64,000 nucleotides of DNA from a virus. Shown here piece by piece: positions 61,469 to 64,000 of this stretch; within the stretch, counting starts at the first letter, position 1, and every line of letters starts with the position of its first letter. The DNA lies in the IMG/VR virus record IMGVR_UViG_3300030105_001626, positions 13,625-77,624 of that record. One strand, given 5' to 3'. The notes beneath the pieces are model-generated. The model was not told the origin of the DNA and did no database searches. It saw nothing but the letters and a program-made list of their open reading frames with translations. Both the position numbers and the translations under genes were made by a program.

Positions 61469-62992
61469 TTAAAATGTGCCACCTTGTAAGTGGGCAAATA
61501 CTGGAACACCTGAACCACCTATTTGTAATAGATGGCCTTCTGTAGATGAATTTAATGATGTCACTGCACTTGTTCCTGCTCCTACTAATACTCCATTTGT
61601 TGCTAGAGTTGTTCTTCCTGTACCACCAGTACCCACTGCAACTGCACCCGATGTAATTTGTGTAGCTGCGATTGCAATATCAGCTCCAGTAGCAGCCGTT
61701 GTTCTTCCGTAAGCATCAACTGTCAATGAAGTTATGGTTTTAGCTGCACTCAAACTTCCTGTTAGTGAATAAGATGGACTAGCTAATGATGCTAGTCTTG
61801 TTCCATCAAATTGAACTATTTGATTATTTGTAAATGATGTTGCGTTGGTACCACCACGAGTAACTGCTAATGTACCTGTAGTAACTTGTGAAGCTGCAAT
61901 TGCAATATCTGTGTCTGATGAACCTGTAAGTTGTCCTTGAGCATTAACAGTTATAACTGGTACTGCAGATGCACTACCTTTATTACCAGCAGTAATGCCT
62001 GTGTTAGTAATACTGAAAGCATTACCTGATAATGATAGACCAGTACCAGCAGTATTTGTACCTGCTCCACTGAATTGAACAAATGTAATGGCGGTTGAAC
62101 CTAATGAACCTCCAGTATCAACAGTACATGTAAATGAAGTATCTGCTTGAGTTGAACCTTGTTCAACAAATAAGTATGCACTAACTAATTTAGCAAATGT
62201 ATCAGCATCAGTACTTCTTGCCCATGCACCAGCAGCTACTACATATATTCCGTTTTGTGATGCAGTTGTTTGATTCTTAACTAAAACTCTGGCGCCAGCT
62301 GATAAAGCAATACCATCAATCGTCTGTGTACCAGATAATGTAACGCTAGCTGTTGTTGCAGCTACAGTTGAAGCTTTAGGGTCTAGACCTTGAACTATAG
62401 AATCAACATATGCTTTATTTGCAGCATCAGTGCCGGCAGCTGGAGTAGCAAGTGCTGTTATTCTTTGACTACCAAAAGCGACTGCACTTGTTGGTGCTGA
62501 TAATTCGTCTATTCTTGCCGTAGCACCACCAGTTGCTCTACCTTTAGAATCAACTGTAATCTTTGTATATGTACCTGCAGATACACCAGAGGCTGCTAAA
62601 GTTGCCGCTCCAGTAACATTACCAGCACCATTTAATGCAGCTGATGTATATGTTACATCGCCTGTAAGAGAAATTGTTCTGCCTGTTGCCCAAGCAGCTG
62701 CTGTTGTGGCTGTACTTGCATTACCAACTAAAGCACCAGTAAATGTAGTAGCTGCAACTTGATTAGAAGAATCTCTTTTCATCAATGTGCTAGCAGTTGC
62801 AACTGCTGTAGCCGCATCCATTGTTTCAGTGTAGAATTGACCACCAATATTAATGGCGGCGCCACCACCAGTTACACCAATAAATAGTACCTTTGATGTT
62901 TGTGAGTAAGCTGCTTCTCCTACTGCTAATGAGCCAGAGGCTGGAGTTCTACTAGTGACAGCATATTTTAATTTAATTACTGTATTTGACAT
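61469..62992 (-). CDS. fibre protein
   Basis: YTKITVDSKGR-type repeats, DAANKAYVD, RVLVKNQTTASQNGIY; ends GGTF. Confidence 0.8.
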   Translation of the reverse strand: MSNTVIKLKYAVTSRTPASGSLAVGEAAYSQTSKVLFIGVTGGGAAINIGGQFYTETMDAATAVATASTLMKRDSSNQVAATTFTGALVGNASTATTAAAWATGRTISLTGDVTYTSAALNGAGNVTGAATLAASGVSAGTYTKITVDSKGRATGGATARIDELSAPTSAVAFGSQRITALATPAAGTDAANKAYVDSIVQGLDPKASTVAATTASVTLSGTQTIDGIALSAGARVLVKNQTTASQNGIYVVAAGAWARSTDADTFAKLVSAYLFVEQGSTQADTSFTCTVDTGGSLGSTAITFVQFSGAGTNTAGTGLSLSGNAFSITNTGITAGNKGSASAVPVITVNAQGQLTGSSDTDIAIAASQVTTGTLAVTRGGTNATSFTNNQIVQFDGTRLASLASPSYSLTGSLSAAKTITSLTVDAYGRTTAATGADIAIAATQITSGAVAVGTGGTGRTTLATNGVLVGAGTSAVTSLNSSTEGHLLQIGGSGVPVFAHLQGGTF

Positions 62993-63073
62993 TTTCTTTT
63001 ATCCTAAAATAATTTGGTTATCTATCTGTTTGGTAATTCATTAAAATATTATTACTCAAGTATTTGTTTATTC

Positions 63074-63304
63074 TTAAAATGTTCCGCCTGTAATTACTGC
63101 AATTTCTGTTTCTGTTGCAATAACAGGTCCTGCTGCCCATGTATTAGATGCTGACTTATAAAATATACCATATGAATTTTCAAGACCTACTACTGTGACA
63201 TCAGTCAGTTCAGGTACAGTTAGTGCTGGTGTTGTTTTAAAATCTGGTGCTGAAATAGTAGAGCGGCCAGATGTTTTTATGGTAACTTTTCCTATGTCTG
63301 CCAT
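63074..63304 (-). CDS. small structural protein ending in GGTF
   Basis: 76 aa; SD AGGA. Confidence 0.65.
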   Translation of the reverse strand: MADIGKVTIKTSGRSTISAPDFKTTPALTVPELTDVTVVGLENSYGIFYKSASNTWAAGPVIATETEIAVITGGTF

Positions 63305-63333
63305 TTCTCTTCCTTTTTATTTAACATGCTTAT

Positions 63334-63699
63334 TTATCCTGCTCCAGTTGATGTACTGACAGCCGGAGTAACAGTTACGATACCCTCTATAACCCTAGTT
63401 TTTATATAAGAACCATCTGATTCAGCAGAATTCTTTGAAATGACTAAATCATAACAATAACGTCCTGGCTTTAGAGCAGCTGTATTAGCTGAAGGCATTT
63501 TCATATTAATTTCACCAAGTGAGGCTGATGTTACAGTTACGGTAAAATTATTAGATGTTGTTGAATCATAAGTCTTTCTTAATACAGCATAACCAGTGTG
63601 ACCAGCAAGATTAACTGGGTCTCCCTGAGCATCATCTACAGTTAAGTTACTAGTGAAGGTTGCACCCTGCTCTATTGTTAGTTCTTGATAAGCGGCGAT
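63334..63699 (-). CDS. virion structural protein with apparent ATC start (not in ORF track)
   Basis: 121-codon frame (M)AAYQELTIEQGATF...GRYCYDL...RVIEGIVTVTP after SD GAGGAG; no in-frame ATG/GTG/TTG upstream before a stop. Confidence 0.75.
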   Translation of the reverse strand: MAAYQELTIEQGATFTSNLTVDDAQGDPVNLAGHTGYAVLRKTYDSTTSNNFTVTVTSASLGEINMKMPSANTAALKPGRYCYDLVISKNSAESDGSYIKTRVIEGIVTVTPAVSTSTGAG

Positions 63700-63818
63700 T
63701 TTATTTCTCCTCGACTTTTTTAATTTATGCTCTATTTAGTCAATTAAAAGACTGACAGGATAAAAAAAACCCACCAAAAGGTGGATATTTTTTATTGAAG
63801 ATATGTGTTAATTATTTC

Positions 63819-64000
63819 TTATTTAAGTCCGTATACATTTACTGAACCGTTGTCAAATGTAGCTCCACTCATGCCAACTTTTACAGTTGTGTTTGATGAA
63901 GCTCTTAAGTTATTACCTAAACTATATATTATATGACCTACATAACTAGAAGCCCATTGATTACCACTTGTAATTGGAGTTTGCTGTGACATTTCCCATG
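63819..64000 (-). CDS. C-terminal fragment of an upstream gene (fibre-like)
   Basis: Frame ending ...ATFDNGSVNVYGLK*, followed by a hairpin with a T run. Confidence 0.55.
   Translation of the reverse strand, partial: WEMSQQTPITSGNQWASSYVGHIIYSLGNNLRASSNTTVKVGMSGATFDNGSVNVYGLK

Noticed and set aside
1042-61712. Numerous + strand ORFs in the ORF track
   Set aside because: They are antisense shadows of well-supported minus-strand genes, with no recognisable motifs

Overview
AT-rich segment of a T4-like myovirus genome, with essentially all genes on the minus strand. It carries the head/neck/tail module (gp13-gp23, gp3), recombination and replication genes (uvsW/Y/X, gp41, gp43-47, gp62, regA, gp1), late sigma gp55, accessory genes (Hsp20, peptide deformylase, CobS/vWA pair, MazG-like, M15 peptidase), a methyltransferase/radical-SAM/glycosyltransferase cluster and large charged, probably capsid-internal proteins. 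Two elements missed by the ORF track stand out. (1) A phage pqqA (PQQ precursor peptide, MWTTPSATEMRFGFEVTMYVMNR) is split by a 278-nt ORF-less group I intron, with a free-standing HNH homing endonuclease directly downstream. The peptide suggests a PQQ-using, probably methylotrophic (Methylophilaceae/OM43-like) host. (2) A tandem pair of 69-nt D-armless tRNA-Gly-like RNAs with their own strong promoter sits directly behind a DUF4338-like gene. This suggests dedicated non-ribosomal glycyl donors, possibly for DNA hypermodification, or tRNA decoys. Three promoter classes are visible, including a candidate middle class (TTGCCTC-N19/20-TATAAT). All family assignments come from motif recognition and synteny, not database searches.
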